A stretch of DNA of 64,000 bases, taken from assembly GCA_002104945.1 (NCBI GenBank), contig MCFH01000042.1, forward strand, positions 186,001 to 250,000, read 5' to 3'. Positions within the stretch are counted from its first letter, which is position 1. Every line of letters begins with the position of its first letter. Under the pieces are notes generated by a model that saw only the letters and a list, made by a program, of their open reading frames with translations, had not been told where the DNA came from and made no database searches. Below, piece by piece: positions 1 through 12,345 of this stretch. The translations under genes were made by a program, and so were the position numbers. Source of the stretch: Piromyces finnis finn (lineage: Eukaryota; Fungi; Neocallimastigomycota).

Positions 1-242
1 ATAAAAATAATTAATAAGTTGTTTAATTTATAAAATAATATAGTTTAATAATTTAAAAATAAGTTTAATTTAGAATATAATATTAGTTCAATTTAATAAA
101 AATAAAATTTAATTAAAATATTTACGCTTAGATAAATAATATTAATTTATTAATTAAAAATTTAGTTAACTTAAATATGATAATAATGATAAATGGTTAA
201 GCTATTATAATAATAAAAACATTATATCATTATTCCTTATCA
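1..242 (-). repeat. 3' LTR of element E (partial)
   Basis: Starts TGATAAGG on the minus strand at 242, preceded by purine tract AAAGGAGGGACATCT (257-243). Near-identical to ~31835-32030 + 32668-32713. Confidence 0.9.
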
Positions 243-279
243 AGATGTCCCTCCTTTAAACTTGACCTAATAGGTAAAG

Positions 280-3200
280 TTATTCTCTAACTAAATTTTT
301 AAAATAAACGTTCCTTTTTAACAATTCATTAGTATTAGGATCGGCTAAGGTTGCTGTATTGAATTGAATCTTTATAACTTTGAATGGTCCAATAAGATAT
401 GGTTGTAGTTTATTTCGTGAAAAATTTCTAACATATACAAAATCTCCTTGTTTTATTTTTCTTGCTTCATTCATAGAATTTCTTTCTTTTCTCCTAGTTT
501 CCCAATATTTGTTTGCATTTTTCACATTCAGGCTTCTCTTATCCATTTATAATGATTAATAATTTTTCTAATAATATTTCATCCTTAGATTTATTTGCTA
601 TGACTTCATTCTTGATTAGCAATTCTATGGGTTGATGATCTCTTCTTCCGTACAGAAGTTCAAAACTAGAATGCTTCGTTACTGAATTGGTGGTAGTTCT
701 AATGGCCCATAATGCAACTGGAAGAATCATATCCCAATCTTGGTTATTTTTGGCTAAAAGTCTCAAATATTTTCCAATTTCTTTGTTACGATTTTCCGTA
801 AGACCGTTTGTTTCAGGGTGATACGTAGAAGAAAATCTGACATACACATCATATAAGTCTAAAAAGATCTTTGTGTAATCTGAAGTAAACTGTACTCCAT
901 TATCTGTAGTAATTATTTCGGGTGCTCCATGTCTCGCGAAAACCTTCACTAAAAATTCAACCACGTCCTGTGAAGTTATTGATTGTATAGGCTCAGCCTC
1001 TACCCATTTAGTAAAATAATCCACTACCACTATTATATATTGGTTTTTCTTTTCGGTAATAGGTAAGGGTCCAATAATGTCTAATCCAAGGTGTGTAAAG
1101 GGTCCCTCTACTCTTGAAGCAAAACTTTCAGTTAGTTCCGGATTTTTCTGGCTTTTGTTCAATTTTCATGTGTGACATTTATTTACGAATCTCCTAACAT
1201 CCAATACCATATTCTTCCAATAGTAATCTTTTTTTATTCTTTGATATGTTTTTGAATATCCTTCGTGTCCAATGTTGTGTCCCTTAAAAATTATATTAAA
1301 TTTCTCATTCTCATCTCTTATAACTTTCCTCAAATCTTCCCCATCCTTGAAGTAAGTAATGCCTTCAATTTCCAAAAATTTCTCATTTATTAGGTCTCTT
1401 AATAGCTCTGTATTAATTTCTTTCTCATCAATGTCATTGGATCTCTGAGATGCATCATTAGTTATGCATACCTGTTTTTCTGGATCTTGATGTAGTCTAG
1501 ATAATGCATCCGCAATAACATTGTTTTTACCTTTATCGTATTCAATAATAATCCCTAGCATGCTAGCCATGAGGCACCATCTCATTTGTCTCATATTATG
1601 GGGCTTCTTGTTGTTAAATAAACCTAATAACGGTTTATGGTCTGTGTAAACTACTATAGGAATTTTATTTCCTGAAATATATGGTTTGAACTTTGATATA
1701 CAATAAAATAGTGCCGCTCCTTCCAGATCGGTTATTGAGTAATTGCGTTCAGCTTTACTCAAACTTCTACTAACATAATGAACAGGTAGTTCCTTCTCAC
1801 CATCCTCCTCTTTTTGAAGAAGAACCCCTCCAAGACCTTGATAAGAATCATCAGTTCTGATAATAAACGGTTTTGAAAAACAAGGGAATTTTAAAATCGG
1901 TGCGGTCATTAATTTGTTCTTAAGCAATGTAAAACTAGATTCCTGTTCCTGGGACCACACATATGGTGAATTTTTTTTAACAATCGGCACAATGGCTCCG
2001 AAATCGAAGCATAATTATCAATAAATTGACGATAATAACCTACAGCACCCAAAAATGATCGTAATTCAGAAACATTAGTTGGAGCCGACCAATTCATAAT
2101 CGCATCAATTTTGGATTTTAGCGGTTTTAAACCTTTAGATGTTAACCAATGACCCAACACTTTGACCTCTGACTTCATAAATTTGCATTTTTCTAAATTA
2201 ATTTTAAGTTTATTGTTCTTGAAAATTTTCATTACTTGTTCTAAATGCTTAAGGTGCTCCTCCTTTGACTTCGAAAATATTAAAATATCATCAATAAAAT
2301 TAAAAACACATTTACCAATCAGCGGAAATAATAATTTATTCATGCTCCTTTTAAATGTAGCGGGGGCATTGCACAATCCAAAAGGCATCACTTTAAAATT
2401 GAAATTACCATACAGAGTTGTGAAACTGGTAACATCAATACTATCCTTTTGCATAGGTATCTGATGATACCCGGAGTATAGATCTAAGGTTGAAAAGACA
2501 GAAGCATCATCAAGACCATCAAAAATTTCCTCAATAAGGGGTAAAGCATAGGCATCCTTCACTGTAGCTTGATTAACCTTCCTGTAATCTACGCACATCC
2601 TCCACTTACCATTATGTTTTGGTACTAATACCACAGGGGAAGACCAGGCGGACTTTGACGGTTCTATAAGATTTTTATTAATAAGCTTTGTGAGTTTTTC
2701 CTTTAGAATATCAGCTTTAATCTTGGATAAACGGTAACTTCTTTGTTTAATTGGATGTGTTCCTGGCTTGAGCTTAATTTCATGAGGCGGTAATAGCGAA
2801 GGTGTGAGTTCATCACTAGATGTTGCTATTGCTTCCATATGGTCGTCTAAAATTTTCAGAATTTCACTAGAATAATTAGGGTCTAGGTTACTACTAAATT
2901 TTTTATGGTGAATGTATTCCTTTGGTGGTAATCCTTCAATACTGGTTAAATCATCATGATCATCTATGGTAATAGTTTCATCTTCATTTTTAATCATGCA
3001 TGTAGTGAAGACACTGTTCCCCGCTCCTTCCTTGTTGGAAATGTCTCTTTCTAAAATACAAAGTAATTTTTCTTCTTTAATTCCTTTATTAAGAATAGCT
3101 AATTGTTCATACGTTCCGTCTTTTAATTCTCGAACTAGAGTCCTCTTGTGTGGAATGACAATTAGTTTATGATCTGCTAATGCTTTTAATCCAATTAAAA

Positions 3201-4088
3201 TGTCATAAAATGCATCTTGATGGTCAATTACTCTGAACGTAAGAGTTGTATTAAAGGTTCCAATACGAATAGGGAGCTTAACAATTAAATTTTCATTTGA
3301 ATTATAATCCATAGCAGCTTGTCGAATTCTACTTTTCGTATAACCAACTTTCTCATATGATTCTAAGTTGTCCAAGAAATCCTTTGACACTACATTTAAA
3401 TTACTACAAGTATCTAATAATAAGCGAGCCTCTGCCATCGGTTTACCTACTTCTGCTTGTATCATAGCAAGTTCATTTTCATTTATTTCTATGGAGTTGG
3501 ATTCATATTCATGGTCAATATTATTAACTAATGTTACTTCAGGTTCAATATTAGCCATGGTTCCCACAATATCATTCTTTTCTAATCTTAAAAGTTTAAT
3601 TAATTCCCTTCGAAGTTTAGGACTAATATCTAGAAGTTGTCCTAAGGTAATATGGCTTATAGTATTGTTGAGTTCCTCTTTGATATCATAATTCTCCTTC
3701 TGATTTACTAACTTGATGTGCTTATCCAAGCGTTGTTTTTCATTATAACCATTTATTCTGTGTGTTTCAATATTTTCTCTGTTTGTTTTTAAAGGTATAG
3801 AATTAGTAACGTTTTTATTTTTATTTATATTACCTTCCTTGGTTTCATTATTATTCCTCCGTTCTTCATTCCTTTATATAGTATCTTTAGTTTTCACAGT
3901 ATTAATATTTGGATTACTAATAATGGATGGGTGCAATTGATTTAACCGAGCTGTCTGAGAGTTATAATTTCTATTATTATTGCCGATGTCCTGTTCTTTT
4001 CTCATACGTATGGCTGGTGTATCAATACTTTTGTTGGTTCCTTCCAAATCTTTATATCGTAATTTTGATCTTGGATTTTCTAGACTAC
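280..4088 (-). pseudogene. pol: Element E pol (protease-RT-RNase H-integrase), broken by frameshifts/stops into ORFs 1909-3729, 1166-1990, 539-1162, 280-546
   Basis: Motifs LLDTCSN (PR), WRMCVDYRKVN, LDLYSGYHQI, FIDDILI (RT), TDHKPL and NVIADALSR (RNase H), H-x4-H...CHT (IN zinc finger), HLGLDIIGPL, TDNGVQF, NGLTENRNK (IN core). Order PR-RT-RH-IN is gypsy-type. Confidence 0.93.
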
Positions 4089-5049
4089 TGTAAAATATTA
4101 ATCTTAAAACAGATTATATATTTAACAATAAAACAATTAAACACACGATAAAATAAAAATAGGAGTTTCTTTTTAAAAATTATCTTCTTTATTAATGGTT
4201 AGAAATAAAATAACAATTACATCGATTCAATTGATAAAATTTACATGTATTTATATTTTTTCATAATTATATTCTAATATAATATTATTCTATTTAAATA
4301 AACATATATTTAATATAAAATAAACAAAACTAATCTAATTAAATAATAAAATAATAAAACTAAACTAAAACTAATTCATTATACTTTTAATTCAATTTGA
4401 GTAAACTCAAAATTGAATAAAGCTCATGTATTATCTATAAATTAATTAAATATTATTAATACTATTCTTAATATATTTCCTATTGAAATATAAACAAATC
4501 TATTTTTGAAACTCAGTTAAAATTATTAAACTATTCTAAATTTAAATAAGAAAGCATAATCTATTCTAAAATTAAATAAAAAGTATTTAAAAAATATTTT
4601 AATTATTTAAAATATTTAGAATATTTAAATTTAATTAAAATTCTTTTATTCCTTAAATTTAAATATTTATCTTAATTTAAATTTAACGGAATTATTATAA
4701 AATGTAAAGAAATGTGTCTTTAACAATAAAACAAATTATAATATTTACTAAATAACTTAGTAATATTAACACTTTAAAATATTCTGTAAATTATTAATTT
4801 ATAAAAATATCATTAAAAACACATAGAATTTAACTTAATAAGTTAGTGTTTAATAATATAATTATTTATTAATAAAATCTCGATTCTTTAAAATATTTGG
4901 GAAAATTCACTCGTATTTATACTAAAAATTTTTTAAATTAATTTATAAAATTTTTTCAACTTAAAATTCTTAACCAATCAATAATCTTCATATAAAATAA
5001 AATTTAAAAATAAAATAAAATAAAATAAAATTATAATTTTTTTTAAAAT

Positions 5050-5122
5050 ATTATCTATGAGGTCTCGAACTAGTGTCATTCAGACTCAAAGTCTTAGCTA
5101 CTAACCACTAAGACAATTTAGT
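5050..5122 (-). pseudogene. Degenerate tRNA-Gln(UUG)-like sequence / SINE-like Pol III head
   Basis: Minus strand reads TTGTCTTAGTGGTTAG-TAGCTAAGA-CTTTGAG-TCTGAATGACACTA-GTTCGAGAC. It has an A-box-like D loop, an anticodon arm AGA-CT-TTG-AG-TCT and a B box matching GTTCRANNC. Acceptor and T stems do not pair. Confidence 0.55.
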
Positions 5123-5136
5123 TATTTCTAGCATTC

Positions 5137-5847
5137 TGTTAAGGAACCAACAAATAATGTTATTCTTGTCATAATTAATGATTATGACCTAATCCATTCA
5201 TTATTGTTCCTAAATGTATGAAAACTTTACAATATTCTTATTTGTAAATTAATGTATACACTTAAATTATATTTAAAATTATTAATAATTATTTTTTATT
5301 GAACTTAAATTTTATTTTATTAAACTTAAAAATTAATTTAGTAATAATAATATATTGAAAATTATAGTTTATTGAACTTTTAGTTTAATTTATCAAGTTA
5401 ATGAATTTTTATTAATTAAAATTATGAATAATATTTCTGTAAAATAGTAAAATTCTTTAGTTAAATATATTTAAAGTAAACTTTTAATGTATGTTAATCA
5501 ATTTAATAATATGTATAAATATTTATTATAATAGTAATGTAATTTTATTATTCATTTAAAAGTAATTTAAATACTAAAATTAATGTAAATAATTAAAGAC
5601 TAATTCTTTTAATTAACACTACTTAATTTTTTACAAAAAGTATAAAAAGGTGTATATTATAAGAATTAGAGAATATACAGATATTTTTATTTTTATTCTT
5701 ATTTTATTTTATAATTTTATATTAATATCTTAATAAAACAATTTTATTAATAAAACAATTTTTCTTATTTCATTTTAATATTATTTTTGAGTATTAATAA
5801 ATTTATTAATATTTTATAAATAAAAGTAAATTCCTCGAACCGTAACA
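5137..5847 (+). repeat. A1 5' LTR
   Basis: Direct repeat of 12346-13056; TG...CA termini. Confidence 0.96.
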
Positions 5848-5854
5848 TAAAAAT

Positions 5855-5873
5855 TGGTGGAGATATCGGGGAT
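5855..5873 (+). promoter_or_regulatory. Primer-binding site of A1, complementary to tRNA-Ala(UGC) 3' end
   Basis: TGGTGGAGATATCGGGGAT is the exact reverse complement of the last 16 nt of the tRNA gene at 51222-51293 plus CCA. Confidence 0.95.
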
Positions 5874-6323
5874 AATATTAATAAAAATTATTAATACATA
5901 GGATAAAGTAATATTAAAATATTACTAAAATATTATATAAATTTCTTAAAAATTTATTACCCTTCAAAGTTATAGGTAATATTTATATTACTGTTGAAGC
6001 TTTAAGGTATAATATTTTAGTAGAACTGAATTAGTACGCTTTAGAAGCAGTACTTTATTTAGGAATTAGTGGTTAGGTTTTTAGGTCTAGTTTATCTTTC
6101 ACAGTAGAATACTGGAAAGCGCTGAACCTTTCTATTTTGCTAGAGAAATAGAAGTGCCTCGCATAATTGCTACATGACACTGGTAATACGGTAAGCTGGG
6201 CAATTGTGAACTACTTAAGCATCCTAAATAAGTATTGGAAAATTGCTGGGAAATGCTGTTCTACTATACTTATTATTGTAATTCAAATTTTTAATAAATT
6301 AAATATTATTTTAGTATTTATAA

Positions 6324-6366
<43 letters not shown>

Positions 6367-7397
6367 TTTTTTCTAATTGAACGATTTTTAAAAATTATTT
6401 TTTTTAAAATATAAATAAATAATTCGAAAGTGACCCTTAGCGTGGCAAGTTAAACTGCTGTACGTAATACTTTGGTGTTCAATTATATCTGATAATTGGG
6501 GAAGATAATCAATTATTTTCTTTCCGCTAATTAAGTTAGTGATAATAAAGAAATTAATTACGTTACTTCCTTTTATTAAATTATATTTAATATTAACCAT
6601 CGGGTATATTTGTGGCTTATCATCAAAGAGCTACGAGGGATTTTCACTTAGAATTACACAACCTATAATACTTGATGGTTTAACATTATATAGGTTGGCC
6701 TATATTTTTATAAAAAGAAATAAGTTTTTAAATAATAATTAATTAAAAAAAAAAAAAAAAAAAATATAGATATATATATCTATTCTTTTTGTTGATTCTC
6801 TTCGAGTAATTTAATATTGCTAATTGAAATATTCTTTTCTTACTGCTTTAAGTTAAACAAGTTATATCAGCATAGACAAGCCTTATTAACTAATCAACAG
6901 AGGTATACTAGGGGTGGTAGAAAGATCCTGAAGCACGTGACGGAACTTAGATCGTGTGAATAGGGTGACGGCAACATTTACCATTGGACGAAAGACTCTT
7001 AGTTAATAGTCTATTATATATAATTTGGTCGGTAACTTGAATCAGTAATAACAATATTAAATTAAAATTCTTGCTAGTAAATTGAAAACAAATAATAATT
7101 AACTATAAGAAAAACAGAAAACAAAAGTAATAATTTCATCTTTTCTGACTGAACTAAGATAGTAAGGAGTGATACTAAAAATTTAAATAAATAATTGGTA
7201 GTACGTGCTGTGCTAGATTATTTGTATCTCATTCTGTCAAGTGGTCGATAAAGGAATTTCGAGCTTGGTTACAACTAATAAGTGGTCGATAAAGGAATTT
7301 CGAACTTATAATTTTTTTTAGACTATCAAAGGTATTTTTGAGTCTATACTGTGTCATCTTGTACTGCAATAAATTCGGTCAAGGAAAATACAAGAAA

Positions 7398-8225
7398 ATG
7401 AGCAATTCTACTACAAGGATAGATTTCAAGGAGTTGAAGAAGGAACTCAAGGATATAGAAAAACTTTCCAAAGATAATTTGGACATAAGATCCTGGGCTT
7501 CTGAAATAAGTTTATGGATTGAACTTCAAGATATCACTAGTGCCAAGAAAATTTACATGGCATGTGTGCTTACTTCTAAGGGTGAACCAAGAAAGGTAAT
7601 CCAAGAGTTGGAAGATAAAGACAGTGATAGTGAAGATGAATATGAAAGTGAAAATGAAGAAGAGAATCAGAAAAATGAATCTAATGAAGAAGATTATCCC
7701 TCACTTGGGAAAATTATCAATGCCCTTGAAACATTTTATGGGTTAAAAGAAGATCAAAGTATGTTATTACGGGAACTAAGAAGACTACGTATAAGAAGAA
7801 ATGAATCAGTTAAAGATTTCAATAGAAGATATAGATCTTTATATTTAAAGTTGGATAAGAAAAAGAAGAAGCAGATTAGTGTGTTAGATTATGCAGATTC
7901 TTTACAAAATAATAAAGAAGCATGGAGAAAAGTATCTTTAAAAGATGATATCACCCTAGAAAAGGCCTTTAAGATAGCTGAGAAGGTAGATAGGTTATCT
8001 ACTAGAATAGATAATGATGGTAATCTACCAACGACTACTGCAATAACCAAAAGTTATAATCATTTTCAACCATACAAGAGAAAAGTTTCTTTTACTGAAG
8101 CCAAAAAGCCTAATAAAGATGATGAAATGAATGACCTAGTCAAGAAAATGAAGAATTTAACTATTAAAGCTTGTTTCTTCTGTAGTGAACCTGGTCATTA
8201 TCAACAAAATTGCCCAAAACTTTAA
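7398..8225 (+). CDS. gag: A1 Gag (275 aa; ATG at 7398), ends at a premature TAA 17 codons before the homologous natural stop (8277-8279)
   Basis: CCHC knuckle CFFCSEPGHYQQNC. Aligns with E Gag, which continues ...NHLNH*. Confidence 0.88.
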   Translation: MSNSTTRIDFKELKKELKDIEKLSKDNLDIRSWASEISLWIELQDITSAKKIYMACVLTSKGEPRKVIQELEDKDSDSEDEYESENEEENQKNESNEEDYPSLGKIINALETFYGLKEDQSMLLRELRRLRIRRNESVKDFNRRYRSLYLKLDKKKKKQISVLDYADSLQNNKEAWRKVSLKDDITLEKAFKIAEKVDRLSTRIDNDGNLPTTTAITKSYNHFQPYKRKVSFTEAKKPNKDDEMNDLVKKMKNLTIKACFFCSEPGHYQQNCPKL

Positions 8226-8266
8226 GCCATTATTGAAGGAAACAAGAAGCGTTATTATGATAATCA

Positions 8267-8301
8267 TTTAAATCATTAAGTGGGAGAAGAAGCACTCCCA
8301 T
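8267..8301 (+). promoter_or_regulatory. Predicted -1 ribosomal frameshift signal (T TTA AAT + 6-nt spacer + hairpin)
   Basis: Heptamer in gag frame 8267-8273. Stem GTGGGAG/CTCCCAT 8280-8301. The -1 frame opens right after stops at 8258-8263 and runs into pol. Confidence 0.8.
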
Positions 8302-8335
8302 CGTCAATAAAATAGCTTCAGCTCAGTATCAGTCA

Positions 8336-11300
8336 ATGCCAAGTGAAGAAACAACAAGCCAGAGTGATTGGTCGAAAGAAGAATATGATGAAGAAATCGA
8401 AAGTGACTTTGAAGATACTGATATTAATGAACAGTTCTTTGTATGTGCTAATAAAAGGAAGTTGGATAAAATAAGCAAAGAACAAGATGATAATAAAGAA
8501 AAACGACTTCACAAAAACTTGAAAAATGATCCTAGACCTATTCTTACACCTGCTCTTAGGAAACGTAAAGCACAAGAATTAGAAAATATACCAATAGATG
8601 TTTCTCCTAAGCAACTGCATCCTTCTATTATTGCTCAACCGAATATCAGAGAACAAAAACTAAAAGAAAGAAAACTTCGGGATAAAGAGCGTGCTAGTAG
8701 TAGTGAACAAAAGGAAGAAGAAAAGAATGAATTGGCAAGTTCTAATGAAGATCCTATTATTATCGACTATGATGAAGAAGAAATGTTATCTGCAATTACA
8801 GATAAGAAAGGTGCTAAGGTGGTAGAGAAAGATAACACAAGTGAATCAACCAAATCTACTTCTAATTCAACTCTAAATAAATTAATGAAAGAGCAAAAGA
8901 AAGAAAAACTTGCAGAATCGAAGGTTAAGAAAACTGCTAGAAATATTCAAATGATAGCAGATACGGAAGAATATAATGTAGTTAAAGATCTTAACGAAAC
9001 AAAATGCAATATTACTTTTGGTCAATTACTTAACTCGGCTCCAAAGTTACGAACGCAAGTGTCACAAGGTCTTAAACTGGAAAAGAACAACACAAAAATT
9101 GTGGGAGCTCTGGAGAATTTTAATGCTACTTCGGTATTAGTAAATAATGTAGATCATTCGTATGTAAGCAAAAGTAAAGAAGTATCAGAAGAAGATATCG
9201 CTATGGTAGATGCAACGGTTGATGGGGTACCAGGTAAATTATTAGTTGATTCCTGTAGCAACTTAAGTATTATAACAAAAAAATATTTAGATAAACTTCC
9301 CCATCAATATGAATCTATTGGATTGAGTTGTGGAAGAATACGTTTAGCTACTAAAAATGATGACTATTCGGAAGGCATAATTATTAGAGTACCGGTCCAG
9401 ATAAATGATCTTACAATCACTGCTGATTTTAGAGTGGTGGATAAAGAAGACCCCTTTTATGATATGTTAATTAATTTGAAAACCCAAATGGATAACAACT
9501 TATTTATCCACCCACTTCGCTATAGTCTTTGCAGATTTAATTCAAATGGATTTATTGAAAATATTGCTCCAATTAATAACAAATATGATGATGAAGAAAA
9601 GATTATGTGTATGATACGTAGAGTCGGTGATGAAGATTTTAAAAGTGATTTGAAAAATATTGAAGGTTTACCACCTTCAGAATATATTCACAATAAAAAT
9701 TTTACTGAGACTCTTAATGAAAAGTATCGAGAACAAATTGTTCGGATATTGGAAGAGAATATTGAAATTATTGCTACTTCTTCTGAAGAACTAACACCTT
9801 CGAATTTAACTCCCCATAAGATTAATTTAAAGCCAGGAGCAAAGCCAATTAAACAAAGATCATATAGGTTAGCCAAGTTCAAATCTGATATACTTAAGGA
9901 AGAATTGTCTAAATTGATTAATAAAAAGCTAATTGAGCCATCGTACTCGGAATGGTCTTCTCCGGTGGTTTTGGTCCCGAAGCATAATGGGAAATGGAGA
10001 ATGTGCGTGGACTATCGAAGAGTTAATGATTTGTCTGAAAAGGATGCCTATTCAATTCCTTTTATAGATGAGATATTTGATAGTTTACATGGTGCAACTA
10101 TATTCACTACTATGGACTTATATTCCGGCTATCATCAAATCCTTATGGATGAAGAAAGCGTTGAATTGACAAGTTTTACAACTAAGTTTGGAAATTACCA
10201 ATTCAAGGTTATGCCTTTTGGTCTCACTGGAGCACCCGCTACATTTCAGAGGGAGATGAATCGGATTCTGTTTCCGTTAATTGGAAAGTGTGTTTATAAC
10301 TTCATTGATGATATTCTGATCTATTCAAAGAGTATTGAAGAACATATTGAACATATAAATCAAGTTTTAGCAATTTTCCGGGAAAACAAACTAAAAATCA
10401 ATATTGAAAAATGTCATTTTATGCAAACTGAAGTTGACGTGTTAGGCCATCGTTTAACTACAGAAGGTCTTAAACCATTAGATAACAAAATCCAAGCTAT
10501 AAAAAATTGGAAACCTCCTTCGAATATCCATGAATTAAGATCATTCCTAGGTTCAATTGGATATTATAGAGATTTTATTCCTAATTATGCTAAACTTACT
10601 GCTCCCTTGTGTAAGCTGCTTAGAAAAGGTGTTCCTTTCAAATGGTGTAATGAACAACAAGAGAGTTTTATTATATTGAAAGAAAAGTTAATTAATGCGC
10701 CTATTCTGAAATTCCCTGATTTTGAGAAAGAATTTATAATCCGAACAGATGCATCGTATGAAGGAATCGGAGGAGTATTATTACAAAAGGAAGGCACAGA
10801 TATTGAACATCCAATTCATTATATTAGCCGAAGTCTGACGAAAGCAGAAAAAAATTATGGAATTACTGACTTGGAAGGGACTGCCTTATTTTACTGCATT
10901 ACTAAATTAAAGCCTTATATAATGGGAAGTCCATTCAAGACTATCGTCTATACTGATCATAAACCATTAATTGGATTATTTAAAAATAAGGAGCCAAACA
11001 ATGCAAGACAAACAAGATGGTGTTTAACAGCTAGTATGCTAGGAGTTGATATTCGTTATGAACAAGGTAAAAAGAATGTTGTAGCAGATGCACTGTCTCG
11101 AATGAGAAATGACAAAGATAAGGAAGTGTTAGCTACTAAAATTAATAAAGGTATAGAAGAAACCATGCTATCTAAGGTAATTAAAGAATTTGTTGAAGAA
11201 AAGTTCACCAAAATAGATGGGGTGGATTACTTTATTGATGGAAGGAATTATCGAAAACTGATCACGGAAACCAATGAAAAGCTGAAATTGATTTTGGAAG

Positions 11301-12322
11301 CTCATAACATTGGACATGAAGGATATTATAAAACTTATCAACGTCTGAGAAAAAGCTATTATTGGAACGACATGGTTAATGATATTCGAAGAGTTGTAGC
11401 CAAATGTGAAAAATGCCAACTTAATCGCCCTCAACCATATCCAGAACCTACGGAAAATCTTCCAACTGAGGTTGAAGCTCCTTTCACTCATCTGGGTTTA
11501 GATATCATTGGTCCATTGGTAAAAACTCGTAACAATAACCAATATATTATAGTTGCAGTGGATCATTTCACAAAATGGGTCGAAGCAGAACCCACCGAAA
11601 ATATCACTTCAAAGGATGTCATAAAATTTTTAATCAATGTTTTCTCTCGGCATGGAGTACCACAAGTCATTACAACCGATAACGGTGTCCAATTTACCTC
11701 AGATATGACCAAAGTTTTCCTGGACTTATATGATGTCTATGTCAAGTTTGTCTCAACTTATCATCCTGAAAGTAATGGTTTGACTGAAAATAGAAACAAG
11801 GAAATTGGAAAGCTTCTAAGACTGCTTGGAAAAGAAAACAAGGATTGGGATGAAATTTTGCCTTCTGCTCTTTGGGCGCTCAGAACTACTAAAAATACTG
11901 TCACAAACCATTCTAGTTTTGAATTGGTTTATGGAAGAGAAGATCAGCAACCCTTTGATATTGCCGCCAGACCTACTAAGGGTATTAATCAGTCTTCGGA
12001 TGAAATCTTGCTTGAGAAGTTTATTAATCATTACAGGTGGACGTTGGAAGCTTGTGAAAATATTAAAAATGCGAATAAATACTGGGCTACTAGAAGGGAA
12101 GAAAAACAAAGTATGACTAAGGGCAAAAATATCCATATCGGTGATCTAGTATTAGTTAGAAATTTTAATCGAACGAAGTTAGAGCCTTATTTCGTTGGAC
12201 CACTCAAAGTTGTCAAGAAACAATTCAATACTGTTACTTTAGCTGATATATCCACTGGAATTCAGATGAACCGAAATGTTCATCTTAAGAATATTGTAAA
12301 GTTTAACTCTGCTTTTGCGTAA
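8336..12322 (+). CDS. pol: A1 Pol polyprotein (charged N-terminal extension, PR, RT, RNase H, IN), open frame from 8264
   Basis: LLVDSCSN, WRMCVDYRR, MDLYSGYHQI, FIDDILI, TDASYEGIGGVL, TDHKPL, HNIGHEG...CEKC, LDIIGPL, TDNGVQF, ESNGLTE. Confidence 0.96.
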   Translation: MPSEETTSQSDWSKEEYDEEIESDFEDTDINEQFFVCANKRKLDKISKEQDDNKEKRLHKNLKNDPRPILTPALRKRKAQELENIPIDVSPKQLHPSIIAQPNIREQKLKERKLRDKERASSSEQKEEEKNELASSNEDPIIIDYDEEEMLSAITDKKGAKVVEKDNTSESTKSTSNSTLNKLMKEQKKEKLAESKVKKTARNIQMIADTEEYNVVKDLNETKCNITFGQLLNSAPKLRTQVSQGLKLEKNNTKIVGALENFNATSVLVNNVDHSYVSKSKEVSEEDIAMVDATVDGVPGKLLVDSCSNLSIITKKYLDKLPHQYESIGLSCGRIRLATKNDDYSEGIIIRVPVQINDLTITADFRVVDKEDPFYDMLINLKTQMDNNLFIHPLRYSLCRFNSNGFIENIAPINNKYDDEEKIMCMIRRVGDEDFKSDLKNIEGLPPSEYIHNKNFTETLNEKYREQIVRILEENIEIIATSSEELTPSNLTPHKINLKPGAKPIKQRSYRLAKFKSDILKEELSKLINKKLIEPSYSEWSSPVVLVPKHNGKWRMCVDYRRVNDLSEKDAYSIPFIDEIFDSLHGATIFTTMDLYSGYHQILMDEESVELTSFTTKFGNYQFKVMPFGLTGAPATFQREMNRILFPLIGKCVYNFIDDILIYSKSIEEHIEHINQVLAIFRENKLKINIEKCHFMQTEVDVLGHRLTTEGLKPLDNKIQAIKNWKPPSNIHELRSFLGSIGYYRDFIPNYAKLTAPLCKLLRKGVPFKWCNEQQESFIILKEKLINAPILKFPDFEKEFIIRTDASYEGIGGVLLQKEGTDIEHPIHYISRSLTKAEKNYGITDLEGTALFYCITKLKPYIMGSPFKTIVYTDHKPLIGLFKNKEPNNARQTRWCLTASMLGVDIRYEQGKKNVVADALSRMRNDKDKEVLATKINKGIEETMLSKVIKEFVEEKFTKIDGVDYFIDGRNYRKLITETNEKLKLILEAHNIGHEGYYKTYQRLRKSYYWNDMVNDIRRVVAKCEKCQLNRPQPYPEPTENLPTEVEAPFTHLGLDIIGPLVKTRNNNQYIIVAVDHFTKWVEAEPTENITSKDVIKFLINVFSRHGVPQVITTDNGVQFTSDMTKVFLDLYDVYVKFVSTYHPESNGLTENRNKEIGKLLRLLGKENKDWDEILPSALWALRTTKNTVTNHSSFELVYGREDQQPFDIAARPTKGINQSSDEILLEKFINHYRWTLEACENIKNANKYWATRREEKQSMTKGKNIHIGDLVLVRNFNRTKLEPYFVGPLKVVKKQFNTVTLADISTGIQMNRNVHLKNIVKFNSAFA

Positions 12323-12345
12323 GCAAGAGTCTTCGTGGGGGCACT

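Noticed and set aside
6167-6742. Small ORFs in the A leader (also mirrored at 40243-40805)
   Set aside because: Recurrence only reflects near-identical copies. They are low-complexity, run through homopolymers and have no recognisable motif (no env-like gene supported).
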